Assembly: GCA_052327205.1 (NCBI GenBank)
Contig: JBMRGM010000043.1
Coordinates: forward strand, 30,380,001-30,444,000
DNA length: 64,000 bases
Reading direction: 5' to 3'
DNA from: Somniosus microcephalus
Lineage: Eukaryota
Part shown: positions 26,007 through 38,893 of the stretch, one piece after another
Position numbering within the stretch: position 1 is the stretch's first letter
Layout: the number at the start of each line of letters is the position of its first letter
Program-made: the position numbers and the translations under genes
Notes under the pieces: model-generated
The model's input: the letters and a program-made list of their open reading frames with translations, nothing else
Told to the model about the DNA's origin: nothing
The model's database searches: none

Positions 26007-26314
26007 AAGGTTTTTTTTGAAGATCCTAATGGTCTGAGGACTACATGGAAAAGTTGCTGCCAGATGAAAGGGAACTGACAAAGATTGAAATGAATCATTG
26101 TTCCGAGAGCCACTGAGTGTGTTTGCTCTGTCATGGAGAAGGAAATTTTACTTTAAAATTTGTGATAGGCCATTTAAAATGGAAATGAAGAAGCACCTTT
26201 TCACACAATGCGTAGTGAGAAATTGCAACTCAATCCGCTAAGAACGCTGTGCAATCTGCGCATAAATTGGAACTTTGATTATGGAGATCAAGATTGATTT
26301 TAGTTAATAAAATA

Positions 26315-26650
26315 AAGACGTGCATTTCTATAGCGCCTATCACAACCTCAGGACTTCCCAAAGCGCTTTGCAGCCAAAGGTGTACTTTTGAAGTGTAGTC
26401 ACTGTAGGAAACATAGCTGTCAATTTTCACACAGTGTTGATAATAATGACCAGATAATCTGTTTTTGTTATGTTGATTGAAGGACAAATATTGCCCAGGG
26501 CTCCAGGGATAATCTCCCCGAAGGGGCCTCGCATTAACGTATCATCTGAAACACGGCACCACCGAAAGTGCAGCACTCCCACAGCACTGCACTGGAATTT
26601 GATCCCAGATTTTTGTGCTCAAGTCTTTGGTCTGCGACTTGAATCCACGA
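26315..26650 (-). mobile_element. Deu-domain SINE (SacSINE1/AmnSINE1-like), truncated
   Basis: tgcatttctatagcgcc..ctcaggacttcccaaagcgctttgcagcca..tacttttgaagtgtagtcactgt matches my recollection of the Deu 3' consensus. Confidence 0.7.
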
Positions 26651-27254
26651 ACATGAGCAAAGGGGGGTCATTGGAGTAGAGGTACAGTTCAACCGTGATA
26701 TAATTCAATAACAGAGCAGCCTCGAAGGGCTGAATGGGCTACTCGTTTTCATATGTTTCCATCATAATTTAAAACATCTTTATCCTAATCAGCATGTCAA
26801 GTTATGACTGGGTTGCAAATGTTGCTCGTGAAGACAGTACATGATCAAGCAGCTGGCTGCAGGAAGATTTTTTCACGCCTCAGACCAGAGGAATCACACT
26901 AATTAGGCAATATCTGATGCTGGTTCAATGATCAATTCAGATGTCTCTGTATTTCATTGTTTAACATGTAAAACCTGGGCCTTCTGTCCAGTTTGGATTC
27001 AATAGGGTGAATGTTTCAAGTATTCAATTTGGCCAATTATTTTCACAAGGTGGGTGTTATGTGCTGTGCAACAAATGAAACATGGGGGTGATTATAAGCT
27101 CAAGAACAAACAGGTTACGAATTACTAATTATCATTTAAGAATTAGCGCATTAAGCTGTGGAACTAGCTGTGGCTACCATGGTCCCACAACTAATGGCAT
27201 GTTATTAAAATAGTTGAGATTATGGTGAAAGAGTCGGTGGTACACTAAAGATGC

Positions 27255-27335
27255 AAACCCTGTTGTTTGTTCCTGTTTTCTGCTCTTGTGGTCCAGTGGT
27301 TAACAAGACAATAGAGTGCTGACGTCAGCATCTCA
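27255..27335. promoter_or_regulatory. Candidate enhancer/promoter module: CRE palindrome with ETS-like and RUNX-like sites
   Basis: TGACGTCA at 27320-27327 inside tgctgacgtcagca; ttcctgtt (ETS core on -) and tgtggt nearby; module conserved in all four duplicated units. Confidence 0.45.
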
Positions 27336-27654
27336 CAGCAAGTCAGTTTCAATGGCATTTGACCATAATCAGTCACTTCTGTCTAAATTCAAGTAAATTG
27401 CATCAGACATTAATATTAAAGATCCACAATTATAAAGTTCGCTGCCATAATCCTTGAAGCCGCCAGTTTAGGTCAAGTTAAATCAAAGTAAATGTTATCT
27501 CTTCAGCTTTGTTAACTCCAGGTTAGGCAGCAGATATTAAATGAGCCTGAAATTCAAAATGGTGCCCGGTTAGCACATTGCTGTATTTTGTTCTCCCTTA
27601 CACCAGGAATTAAAAAAATATAATTATATTGCTGCATTGAAAAAAATCCTAATG

Positions 27655-28320
27655 CTCTATCTCTGTCTCGCTATGTCGCTATCTGTGTGTCTCTCGCACT
27701 GCATATCTCTCTTTCGCTCTCTCTCGCTTTCTCTCACGAAAACTTTAGCCCACCGCCTCTCTGAATGTTTGCCTTCTGTTTGTCTGTTTCTCGCTCTCTC
27801 TGTCTCTCCCTCGCTGACTCAATCTCTCTCTTTCAAACTTTGCCAGTCTTCATCTGTTTGCCCGTAGATCCCTCGGCCTCACCCTCTCTCTGACCTACCT
27901 TATGTCAGTCTCACTTTCTGAATGTCACTCTCAGTTGCTCTGTCTGTCAATTTGACGCTCTCTCTCTCATTGACTATCAGTGTCACTGCATGTTGTTTCA
28001 TTCAATCTATGTCTCTCTCACTCTGAGTCTGCACCTCCTTGTCTCTCCCTCATTTTCTCTCTCTCTGCCTCTTTTTGTGTGTCTCTCCCAGTCATGTGTG
28101 TCTATGACTTGCTGTATCTCTTTGACTCTGTCTCTCTCGTGTGTTAATCTTCCACTTTCACTCTGACACATTGACTCCATCTCTTTCTCTCACTTTTGCT
28201 CTCTCTCTCTTTGACTCTATCTCTGCCTCGGTCTCTCTCCACATTTTTTGTTAGCTGTGTGTGTGTGTATGTGTGAAAGTTTCTCCCTCTCTTTAAATGC
28301 ATCTATCTCCCTGTCTCCCT
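27655..28320. repeat. CT-rich low-complexity tract
   Basis: Degenerate (CT)n/(CTGT)n; copies at 31240-31400, 36305-36960 and 63385-63560. Confidence 0.85.
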
Positions 28321-28428
28321 ATAGCAGATGTTAAACAAGAAGCCAGCCTGGGCCACACAAAATCATGAAGCAATGATACAGACCAAGATTAACAGCTAGC
28401 CACAGAGACCAAGCACAGCAAAGCTCAC

Positions 28429-28498
28429 CGCATTTATTAATAGCATTTAGTAAGAGTGAAACAACTGGGACAACGCTGACACTTGGTATGAATTGCAT
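28429..28498 (-). CDS. Candidate first coding (leader S1) exon of gene A: MQFIPSVSVVPVVSLLLNAINKC
   Basis: ATG to GCG|gtgagc is 70 nt (phase 1), in frame with S2. ATG, length and donor are conserved in four copies; hydrophobicity is only moderate. Confidence 0.5.
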
Positions 28499-29829
28499 AA
28501 AAATGTTAATTCCTACTTATAAACAAAACTACAAGAATTAGAAATTTGAAAGCAGTTTCTGCAGGTGAGGCTAAATAATTGGTAAATTAAAAAATATTAG
28601 GCTGTTTAGAAGCAATCCTATTGAGCTGCAACCTGTTATAGCAAAAGTGATCTCTTAGATGAGCGGAAAGATCCTGTTACCTTGAATAATCAAACTTAGG
28701 TCTGTTGTTGCACTAAATTCTGATTAAAACAGAAACATAGAAAATGACATTTCAACGCATTTTAAATGAATGTCTTCCTTTCAGAAACTGTCAATATCAA
28801 TTTAGTGCGTCGCTGACTTTTACAGAATGAGCCTTATTATTCTGATTGTGGGTCCGGGGTGAGTGACGCAGATTTTCAAAGGCACTGGCAATATTTGAGA
28901 ATCACTTACAGAAAATCAGAAGGCGACAGATGTGCTTCATTTCGAAAGCGGGGGCTCCAAGCAGAAGCTCCTTTCCCTCTGTGAAAAGGCTCCCTTCGTA
29001 TCAGCTGTTTTCAGTTCCTTTTATCTGGAAAGTGAAATTAAAAATCATACAGCACAGAAGGAGGCCATTCGGCCATGGTGCCTGTGCCGGTTCTTCGAAA
29101 GAACTTGCTAATTGTTCCCACTCCCCTGCCATTCCCCAACATTGCATTTTTCCACTTTGCAGACAGTCGCTCGCCTTTAAGAGAGCCAAGCCAATTTTTA
29201 AAACTCATGGATCATAATTCTGTTTATTTCAATGCAGCCTCTATTTATTCAGATTTGGGTTAACATTTCCACAGAGAGCCTGAACAGATCGAATCCATCA
29301 AACACAGAGCAACCTATTCCCAAGCGCATGGCTCCGCTTCCCACTCCTGCACCCAACAAATGTACCCGCCCACAATAAGCCGCTGACACTGTTCTACTTC
29401 TTCAGTACCAAACGCCCGCACGCGCAGATCCCGAGTCTGTACTTGCGGGGAATGAGGAGACAGCGGCTGGAGCGAGGTCCCCAGGAGCAGTCTGCAGCTG
29501 TGGAGCTCACTGGCCATGCTCCACGCGACTGCGCACTGAGATCACTATGACTTCTGACCAAATTGGAGAAAAGGGGAACTTAAACTTAACGTGATGATGA
29601 TTCCAACCTAACGCTGAAAAGTGAAATGAGCTCTTGCAATTTTAAAATAAATTCTAAACACAGGCTTATCCAGTGTATCTGCTTGAGCTGCCCAATCTAT
29701 TCCGCCTATCCGACTCACTCCAGGTAACCGTTAACTTTGCTCTACCAGAACAAATATTCTAATTATATTTTAACATTAATTTTTTGACTCTAGATAAGTT
29801 TACCCATCTCATTGCAGACAACGAAAAAA

Positions 29830-30215
29830 GGCCTTGCATTCCTATAGCGCCGTTCACTACCTCAGGGCTTCACAATGCGCTTTGCAGCCAATGGAGTACC
29901 TTTGAAGTGCAGTCACTGTAGGAAACGTAGCTGTCAATTTCCACACAGTGATGTTGATAATGACAGGATTATCTGTTTTTGTTAGGTGATTGAGGGTGAA
30001 ATATTGGCCAGGGCACCTGGGATAACTCCCCTGACGGGGCCTCACTTTAGCGTCTCCTCCGAAAGGCGGCAAATCCGACATTGCAGCACTCCCTCAGCAC
30101 TGCACTGGAGTGTCAGCTTAGTTGATTGTGCTCAAGTCCCTGTTGTGGGACCGGAATGGACGAACCTTCTGACTCAGAGGCGAGAATGCTATACACTGAG
30201 CCACGGCTGACACTA
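29830..30215 (-). mobile_element. Deu-domain SINE with tRNA-like head
   Basis: Head cagccgtggctcagtg..cgcctctgagtcagaagg on the minus strand; Deu 3' end at ~29835. Confidence 0.75.
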
Positions 30216-31501
30216 GTTGAGGAAGAGTAACATTGGATATTGAGCAAGGTGGGGTAATTGGAGTGGAGGTACAGATTAACCATGATATAGTTGAATGACA
30301 GAGCAGCCTCGAAGGGCTGAATGACCTACTCCTGTTGTTATGTTCCTATTATCAGTTAACTCATCTTTAACTGAATCAGAATTACAAGTATTGACTTGGT
30401 TGCAACTGATACTCGTGAAGACAGTACATGACCCAGCAGCTAGAAGCAGAAAGCAGCAGAAAGCTTTTGTCGGCCTCAGACCACAGGAATCACACTACTA
30501 AGGCAATGCCTGTTGCTGCAAACTTTGCAAAAATAATTGCAAAATGGTCAATGGTCAATGCAGATGTGTCTGTATTTCATTGTTCAACATGTCGAACCTG
30601 GGACTTGTCAAGCTAGGATTCAATAGGGTGAATGATTGAAGCATTCAGTTAGGACAATTCTTTCCAAAAAGTGGGTTTTACGTGCAGTGCAACACATAAC
30701 TCATGTGGCTTATTATAAGCTCAAGAACAATTTGAGATTAACCACATATTTTAAGCTCTACCTCATTAATCTGTGGAACTAGCTGTGACCAACATGGTCC
30801 CACAACTAATGTCAAGTTGTTAAAATAGATGAGATTCTGGCGAAAGAGTCGATGGTACATTAAAGATGCAAACCCTGTTGTTTTTTCCTGTTTGCTGGGC
30901 TTGTGATCCAGTGGTTAACAAGCCAATAGAGCGCTGACGTCAGCATCTCACAGGAAGGCAGCCTCAATGTCCTGTAACCATAAAGAGTCACTTCTGTCTA
31001 AATTCCAGTAAACAGCATCAGAAATTAATTTTAAAGATCCAGCATTTTAAAATTCCCTGCCAAACACCCTTAAGCCGTCAGTTTAGGTCAAGTAAAATCA
31101 TAGTAAATTTGTTCTCCTCAGCTTTATTAACTCAAGGGATGTCGTCCCGTTAATGTGTATTTTCTCCCTCACAACAGAAAATAAAATAAGCCCTTCATAT
31201 AGTGAATCTGCAAAACTGAGTTGAAAAAAAAACTCCTGCCCTCTCTCCCTCTCTCTGTCACTCTCCTTCGTGGACAGCTTCATTGTTACTTTCTTACAAT
31301 CTCTGTCTATCTGTCTCTCTCTGTCCCTATCTGATTGTATCTCGCTCTGACTCCCTCTCCCGCTCCGCCTCTCTCCCCCTCTCTCTCATTCTCTCTCTCT
31401 CTGTGGCAGTTGTTAACAAGAAGCGTGCCTGCCGCACTCGAAATCATCAAGTGCACCAAGTTTATCATCTACCCACAGAACCCACACACTGTAAATCTCA
31501 C

Positions 31502-31571
31502 CGCATGTATTAATAGCAATTTGTAAGAGTGAGTCAACTGAGCCAACGCTGAAACTTGATATGAAGCGCAT
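31502..31571 (-). CDS. Extra candidate leader exon S1 (MRFISSFSVGSVDSLLQIAINTC) in U2, with no S2 of its own
   Basis: 70 nt from ATG to donor G|gtgaga; nearly identical to the gene B copy at 63665-63734. Confidence 0.4.
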
Positions 31572-32799
31572 GAATTTTTTTTTTTTAATTAACAAAACGA
31601 CAACAATAAGAAAAGTGCAAGCAGTTTCTGCAGGTGAGGCTAAATAATTGGTAAAATAATAAATATTGGACCGTTTAGATGTGTCTAAAGTCGGCTGCAA
31701 CCTTAGATGAGCAGAAAGATCCTGTTAGCCTGACTAATCAAATTTATTTCTGTTGTTCCACTAAATTCTGATTAAAACTGAAGCATGGAAATGACATTTC
31801 AATGCAGTATAATTGAATGTTTGAACTTAATAAACTCTGAATATTAATTTAGTGTGATGATCCCTCTCACGGGATGAGTCTTATTAACCTGATTAACGGT
31901 CAGGGGTGAGTGGCGTTGATTTTCAAAGGCACTGGATATATTTGAGATTCACCTACAGAAGATCCGAAGGCGACAGATGTGCTTCAATTCGAATGCGGGG
32001 GACCTGAGCAGCAGTCCACCTCCCTCTGTGAAGACGCGAGCTTCGGATCAGCTGTTTTCAGTTCTGTTCACCTGAAAAGTGAGATCATAGAATCACATTC
32101 AGCCGCTGACTCTGTGCTAATTCTTCAGTACCAAACGCCCGCACACGCAGATCCCGAGTCTGTACTTATGGGGAATGAGGAGACAGCGGCTGGAGCGAGT
32201 GCCCCGACAGCAGTCTGCAGCTGTGGGGCTCACTGTCCATGCACCAGGCGACTGCACACTGAGATCACTTTGACTTCTGACCACATTTGAGACAAGAGGA
32301 AATTAAACCGTACACGGTGACGAATCCAACCTAACGCTGAAAAGTTAACTGAGCCCTGTCAGTTTTAAAATTAATTTTTATCAGAAGAGAACAGTTGGAT
32401 TCCAGGCCGGAGTCATCGCTTGAAACTGTTTTCAATATGATTTATTCTAACCGCAGTTTATAACGTTAAAAGAGAGACTGGCCTGCTCTGTGGCCCCAGT
32501 TTGAAGGCTTGTTTTTTTCAAGGGCTTAGGGAAGTGGTCACCCCAGCTCTGTGTGTGTGTGGCCTGGTACATCTGTAGAGGGGGAACGGAGGCGAAGTGC
32601 TAATACCAGTGAAACATCAGACCACTGAAACTGTTGCACCCTGGCATAATTAACCATTTAAGTCCCGAGAGTTTAATCCAGTCAGTAATGTTTAGCAACT
32701 AGGTGATTCGACTCAAATTAATGAAGCCTAAAACCAGGCTTATATGGGGCAACTCCTTGAGCCGCATAGTTCTGTTCCTCTCTGGAGCTCTCTCTAGGT

Positions 32800-33490
32800 T
32801 TCACCTACTGGTGCAGGTCTATGATTGCTGCCTCGACTCTCCCACTGCAGAATGTATGTCATCAGTACTTGACTCCACCACTAGTACAGGTCAGCTTTTA
32901 GTAGCTATACTGTCCCCATTGCCCAGATCGCCGATAAATACCAACTCTATACTACTGCAGTGAAATCTATTTAGAATCTCCACAGTTCTATTGGTGTTGG
33001 TCTAGAACTTGATGCGACACAGAGGCACTAGATAAGGAACTTTTAATTTACTACTCATGCAGTTAGTAATTACAACATATATAGCCCTAGTGGTGCTGGT
33101 CAATGCTCAGTACATTCACAGTCCTTCTGATACAGGTCTATGATTAATGCCTGCAGTGTCCGACTGCTGCATGTCTCTAATCATTATCTATCTATACCGT
33201 CCTATTGATGCAGGCCTATGATTAATACCTTATCTGTCATACTGGCTGAGGTATTTTGATGACTGTTTATGTTGTCCTATTGCTGCAGGTTTTTGATTTG
33301 TAACTATACTGTCCTTTTGGTATCGGCACATTTTTCAAACTTTATTTCCTACTCATACAGGCCTATGTTTATCAATTACACTGTCCTAATGATACAGGTC
33401 TATGGTTAGTACCTGGACTATTTTACTGATACAATTTATGACTGGAACCTAATCTGTCCTATTGGTGCCTGCCTTTGATTATTTGCTATA
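32800..33490. repeat. Degenerate minisatellite, unit roughly 35-40 bp (ctgtcctattgatrcaggyctatgattaatac-like)
   Basis: Motif recurs at ~32805, 33121, 33199, 33274, 33347, 33381 and 33454. Confidence 0.65.
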
Positions 33491-33599
33491 GTGTCGATGA
33501 ATAAACAGACAGATACTTAGATAGATGGTAAGACAATCAAAAAGAGATACATCGATATGTAGATAACAACAGACTGAAAATGTTGTATATTACTCAGAA

Positions 33600-36500
33600 G
33601 AAATATAAAGTAAGTATATATTGGAATATGTTAAAGTACAGGTATGACATCCTTTAGAATATTTCCTTAAAAGCACTTGATTAACGACCAATAGATCTAT
33701 AACCCGAAAAGCCATAGCGACAATCGTGGCAATTGAAGGTCACGTGTCCCTTCTTATGATAAGCTGACGCCCCTTATGTTGTCCTTAATACTTTGATTTC
33801 TATTTCACAAACAAGTCTATTATGTGGAACACAAGAGTAACACCCTAATTTCATCAACATTTGTTATTATTTCATCTTAGACCTGTCGATCTATCCATCC
33901 ATTTATTTACTCAATTATGATTACACGCTTCCAATCCTCAGCTGATGAGCTGACAGTTACCCACACCAATTTATAGGTCACTTTGTCTTTAATATATTGT
34001 GGTAGACATTAAACTTTACGTTGAGGCTTACAAATGGGGTTCTGATTGGCCGACCATTAGAGAAACCGCCCACTTTCAATTCACCCTGAATCAATGAAAA
34101 TGATGATCGAGCTTTTCCATTATAGGTGGCGATTCCAGAACGCAGTTTCACGCTCGGGCGGAAGCTGAAAATGACTTCATTGCTTGATTGCTGCTGTCCT
34201 ATAGCTATAAATTGGAAGCGTTCATTCCACAAACTGGATTATCAATAATGCAGATTATTGTCATCATACCTTGTGTGTTCGACTGATGAGTAACTTGCAC
34301 TGAAAGAGAGAAGACAATGTAAAATGTGTTTCATTATCTGAGACCATCTTCAAATTTGACCAAAGCTGCTCATCTGTAAGGCAGCTGAATAGAGGAAATA
34401 CCCAGGGGGAGAAATTCGAGTTCGGCAGGGACACAAAACAGGCGGTACCACATTTGCTGCTAGTCTATACGTTCTGCCAGGTATTCAGTTCTGTTGATGT
34501 AAATGTAAAATATTAATACATCGAATTATGTCAATTGACCATCTCACGAAGAAAGATAAGATGTTTTTATTGTTGAAGATCCTAATGGTCTGAGTACTAC
34601 ATGGGAAAGTTGCTGCCGGATGAAAGGAAACTGACAAAGATTGAAATGAGTCATTGTTCTGAGAGCCAATGAGTGTGTTTGTTCTGTCATGGAGAAGAGA
34701 ACATTTCTTCAAAATTAGTGATAGTCCATTTAGGATGGAAATCAGGAAGCACCTTTTCATGCATTGTGTATTGAGAAATTGCAACTCACTCCGGTAAGAG
34801 CGCTGTGGAATCTGGTGGTAAATTGGAACGGCCAATACGGCGATCAAGATATATTTTAGTTAAAAAAAGAAAGACTTGCATTTTTAGAGCGCCATTCACA
34901 ACCTCAGGACTTCCCAAAGCGCTTTGCAGCCAGTGGAGTACTTTTGAAGTGTAGTCACTGTAGGAAGAGTAGCAGTCAATTTTCACACAGTGATGATGAT
35001 AATGACCAGATAATCTGTTTATGTTATGTTGACTGAAGGACAAATATTGCCCAGGGCACCGGGGATAATCTCCCCGACGGGGCCTCGCTTTAACGTATCA
35101 TCCGAAAGACGGCACCTCTGAAAATGCTGCACTCCCACAGCACTGCACTGGAGTTTGATCCCAGATTTTTTGCCCAAATCTCTGGAGTGCGACTTGAATG
35201 CACGAGCCTTCTGACTCAGAGTCGAGCATGCTGCTCACTGAGCCACGGCTGACACTAGTTGAGTGAGGGCAACAATGTATATTGAGCAAAAGGGGGTCAT
35301 TGGAGTTGAGGTACAGATCACCCATTGTATAATTGAATGAAAAATCAGCAGCCTCGAAGGGCTGAATGGGCTACTCCATTTCAAATGTTTCTATCATCAT
35401 TTAAATCATCTTTAGCCTAATCAGCATCACAAGTTTTGACTGGGTGGCAAATGTTGCTCGTGAAGACAGTGCATGATCAAGCAGCTGGCTGCAGAAATAT
35501 TTTATCACGCCTCAGACCAGAGGAATCACACTACTAAGGCAACGCCTAATGCTGCAACCTTTTCAAAAATAATTGCAAAAAGGTCAATGATCAATGCAGA
35601 TGTGTGTGTATTTCATTGTTTAGCATGTAGAACCTGGGCCTTTTGTCCAGCTAGGATTCAATGAGGTGAATGATTCAAGTATTTAATTTGGCCAATTATT
35701 TTCACAAGGTGGATTTTATGTGCTGTGCAACAAATAAAACATGGGGGCGATTATAAGGCCAAGAACAGACAAGTTAAGAATTACTTATCATCATTTAAGA
35801 TTTACCGCATTAAGCTGTGGAACTAGCTGTGGCTGACATGGTCCCACAACTAATGTCATGTTATTAAAATAGATGAGGTTCTGCTAAAAGAGCCTGTGGT
35901 ACACTAAAGATGCAAACCCCGTTATTTGTTCCTGTTTTCATCTCTTGTGGTGCATTGGCTAAACAGACAACAGAGCGCTGACATCAGCATCTCACAGCAA
36001 GGCAGTCTCAATGACATTTGACCGTAAGGAATCACTCCAGTCTAAATGCCAGTAAATTGCATCAGACATTAACATTAAAGATCTACAATTATAAATTTCG
36101 TTGCCAAAAGCCTTGAAGCCGTCAGTTTAGTTCAAGCTAAATCAAAGTAACTGTTATCTCTTCAGCTTTGTTAACTCCAGGTTTGGCAGCATATATTAAA
36201 TGAGCCTGAAATTCAAAATGGTGCCTGGTATGTTGCTCTCCCTTACACCAGTAATTTAAAAAATATAATCATAATGTTTGCTCATAGGTGAGTGAAAAAA
36301 AACTAATGCTCTCGCTCTGTCCCTATCTGTGTGTCTCTCGCTCTGCCTCTCTCTCTTTCGCTCTCTCTCACGGAATCTTTAGCCCACCGCCTCCCTGAAT
36401 GTTTGCCTTCTGCTTGTCTGTCTCTGGCTCTCTCTGTCTGTCCCTTGCTGAATCTTTCTCTGTCACACTTTCCCGGTCTTCATCTGTTTGCCTCTATAAC

Positions 36501-37138
36501 TCTCGGTCTCACTCTCTCTCTGACTTGCCTTATATGTCAGTGTAACTGTCTGCATGTCACTCTCTGTTGCTCTCTCTCTGTCTATTTGACGCTCTCTCTC
36601 TCTCATTGGCTATCTGTGCCACTGCATGTTGTTCCATTCTACCTGTGTGTTTAACTATGTGTCTGTACCTCCTTGTCTCTCCCTCATGTTCTCTCTCTCT
36701 CTCTGCCTCTTTTTGTGTGTCTCTCTCTCTCAGTCATCTGTGTCTATGACTTGAGGTATCTCTGTGACTCTGTCTCTCTCGTGTGTTAATCTTCCTCTTT
36801 CACTCTGACTCATTGACTCCATCTCTCTCTCTTTGACTCTATCTCTGTCTCGGTCTCTCTCTGCATTTTTCGTTATCTGCTTGTGTGTGTGTGTTTGTGT
36901 CTGTGTGAAAGTTTGTCCCTCTCTATCTCTCTATAAATCTATCTTTATCCCAGTCTCTCTATAGCAGATGTTAAACAAGAAGCCAGCCTGTGCCACACAA
37001 AACCATGAAGCAATGCTTTAGACCAAGATTAACAGCTAGCCACAGAAACCTAGCACTGCAAAGCTCACCGCATTTATTAATAGCATTTAGTAAGAGTGAA
37101 ACAAATGGGACAATGCCGACACTTCATATGAAGTGCAT
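33600..37138 (-). pseudogene. Truncated third paralog: S1 with stop (37069-37138), S2 (34270-34299), Ig exons deleted
   Basis: S1 reads ATG CAC TTC ATA TGA. S2 is intact (xQVTHQSNTQ). 33600-33790 matches the intron just upstream of D2 (22420-22622), but no D1 or D2 exon is present. Confidence 0.7.
34870..35260 (-). mobile_element. Deu-domain SINE (duplicated with the segment)
   Basis: Same element and relative position as 26315-26650, 29830-30215 and 61970-62360. Confidence 0.75.
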
Positions 37139-38893
37139 AAGCTGTTAATTCCTACTTATAAACAAAACTAAAAAAATTAGACATTTGAAAGCTGTTTCTG
37201 CAGGTGAGGCTAAATAATTGGTAAAGCAAAAATATTATGCTGTTTAGAAGCAACCTGTTATAGTAAAGTGGATCTCTTTAGATGAGCAGAAAGATCCTGT
37301 TACCCTGATGAATCAAACCCAGTATTGTTGCACTAAATTCAGATTAAAATTGAAACATAGTAAGGACATTTCAACGCATTTTAAATAAATGTCTTACTTT
37401 CAGAAACTGTCAATATCAATTTAGTGCGTCGCTGCCCTTTACAGAATGAGCCTTATTAATCTGATTGTGGGTCCGGGGTGAATGACGCAGATTTTCAAAG
37501 GCACTAGTGATATTTGAGATTCCCTTACAGAGGATCAGAAGGCGACAGATGTTCTTCATTTAGAAAGCGGGGGCTCCAAGCAGAAGCTCCATTCCATCTG
37601 TGAAACCGCTCGCTTCGGTTCAGCTGTTTTCAGTTCATTTTAACTGAAAAGTGAGGTCATAGAATCATACAGCACAAAAGGAGGCCATTCGGCCCTTGGT
37701 GCCTGTGCCGGATCTTCGAAAGCACTTGCTAACTGATCCCACTCCCCTGCCCTTTCCCCAAATCATTGCATTTTTCCACTTTGCAGACAGTCACTCGCCT
37801 TCGAGAGAGCCAAGCCAATTTTTAAGAACTCATGGATCATATTTTTTTTTTTTCAATGCAGCCTCTATTTAGTCAGGTGTGGGTGAACATTTGCACTGAG
37901 AGCCAGAACAGATCGATTCCGTCAAACACAGAACAATCTATTCCCAAGCGCATTGCTCCGCTTCCCACTCCTGTTCCCGACAAATGTACCCGCCCACATT
38001 CAGCCGATGACACTGTTCTACTTCTTCAGTACCAAACGCCCACACGCGCAGATCCCGAGTCTGTACTTATGGGGAATGAGGAGACAGCGGCTGGAGCGAG
38101 TTCCACGAGAGCAGTCTGCAGCTGTGGAGCTCACTGCCCATGCACCACGCGACTGCGCACTGAGATCAGTGTGACTTCTGACCACATTGGAGAAAAGGGG
38201 AACTTAAACCGTGATGACGAGTTCACCCTAACGTTGAAACGTGAAATTAGCCCTGGCAGTTTTAAAATACATTCTTATCAGAAGCGAACAGTTGGAATAC
38301 AGGCCGGAGACATCTCTGGAAACTGTTTTGAACATGATTTATTGTAAGCGCATCTTGTACCGTTAACACATAGACTGGACTGATCTGTGGCCCCAGGCTG
38401 AAGGCTTGTTATTTTCACGGGTTTACGGAAGCGGTCAGACCCGCTCTGTGTGTGTGGCCTGGCACAACGGTTGAGAGGGAACCGAGGTGAAGGGCTGCAA
38501 CTAATGTGAGCTGTGACCACTGAACGTGTTTCACACTGGCACCATTAACCATTAAAGTCCCGAGAGTTTAACCCGGTGTTTTACAAAGAGGCGATTCAAC
38601 TCACAAATTACTGAAGCCTAAACACAGGCTTATCCAGTGTATCTGCTTTAGCTGCCCAATCTCGTCCCAGCATCTGGCTCACTCCAGGTAACCGTTAACT
38701 TGGCTCTACAGAGCCAATATTCTAATTATAATTTAACGTTAATTTTTGCACTCTAGATAAGTTTAGCCATTTAATTGCAGACATGCAGGGCAATGGAATA
38801 TCTTACACATTCAGTGCTGACTGTGTTTAAAAAATGTGTCCATTCAAGTTGTTATTGTGGTGGTGTAACATTCTAATTACTGAGTATGTGTTG

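Larger units (their letters stand above)
24560..38790. repeat. Serial duplication of the gene 5' region: U1 ~24560-29820, U2 ~29820-32740 (partial), U3 ~33600-38790; fourth copy U4 at ~60950-64000
   Basis: Co-linear landmarks recur: mini-exon (absent from U2), Deu-SINE, CRE module, CT tract, leader exon, GC-rich module (U4 ends at the window edge before it). Confidence 0.9.

Noticed and set aside
27251-27295. Plus-strand signal-peptide-like ORF MQTLLFVPVFCSCG
   Set aside because: It is opposite to all Ig exons, has a weak donor, and no downstream plus-strand exons were found.
27637-27867. Leu/Ser/Cys-rich 'membrane protein' ORFs (also 36331-36749, 47153-47856)
   Set aside because: They are translations of CT- or GA-rich simple repeats.
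3979-28498. Assigning a gene symbol such as FCRL5 or PECAM1
   Set aside because: Motifs support the FcR-like family, but orthology cannot be established without searches and phylogeny.
32800-33490. CRISPR-like array
   Set aside because: Units are degenerate and adjacent with no unique spacers, there are no cas genes, and the context is eukaryotic.
37832-38347. 171-aa plus-strand ORF (and 31979-32290)
   Set aside because: No recognisable domain; the frame is not kept in the paralogous copy at ~29210-29640.
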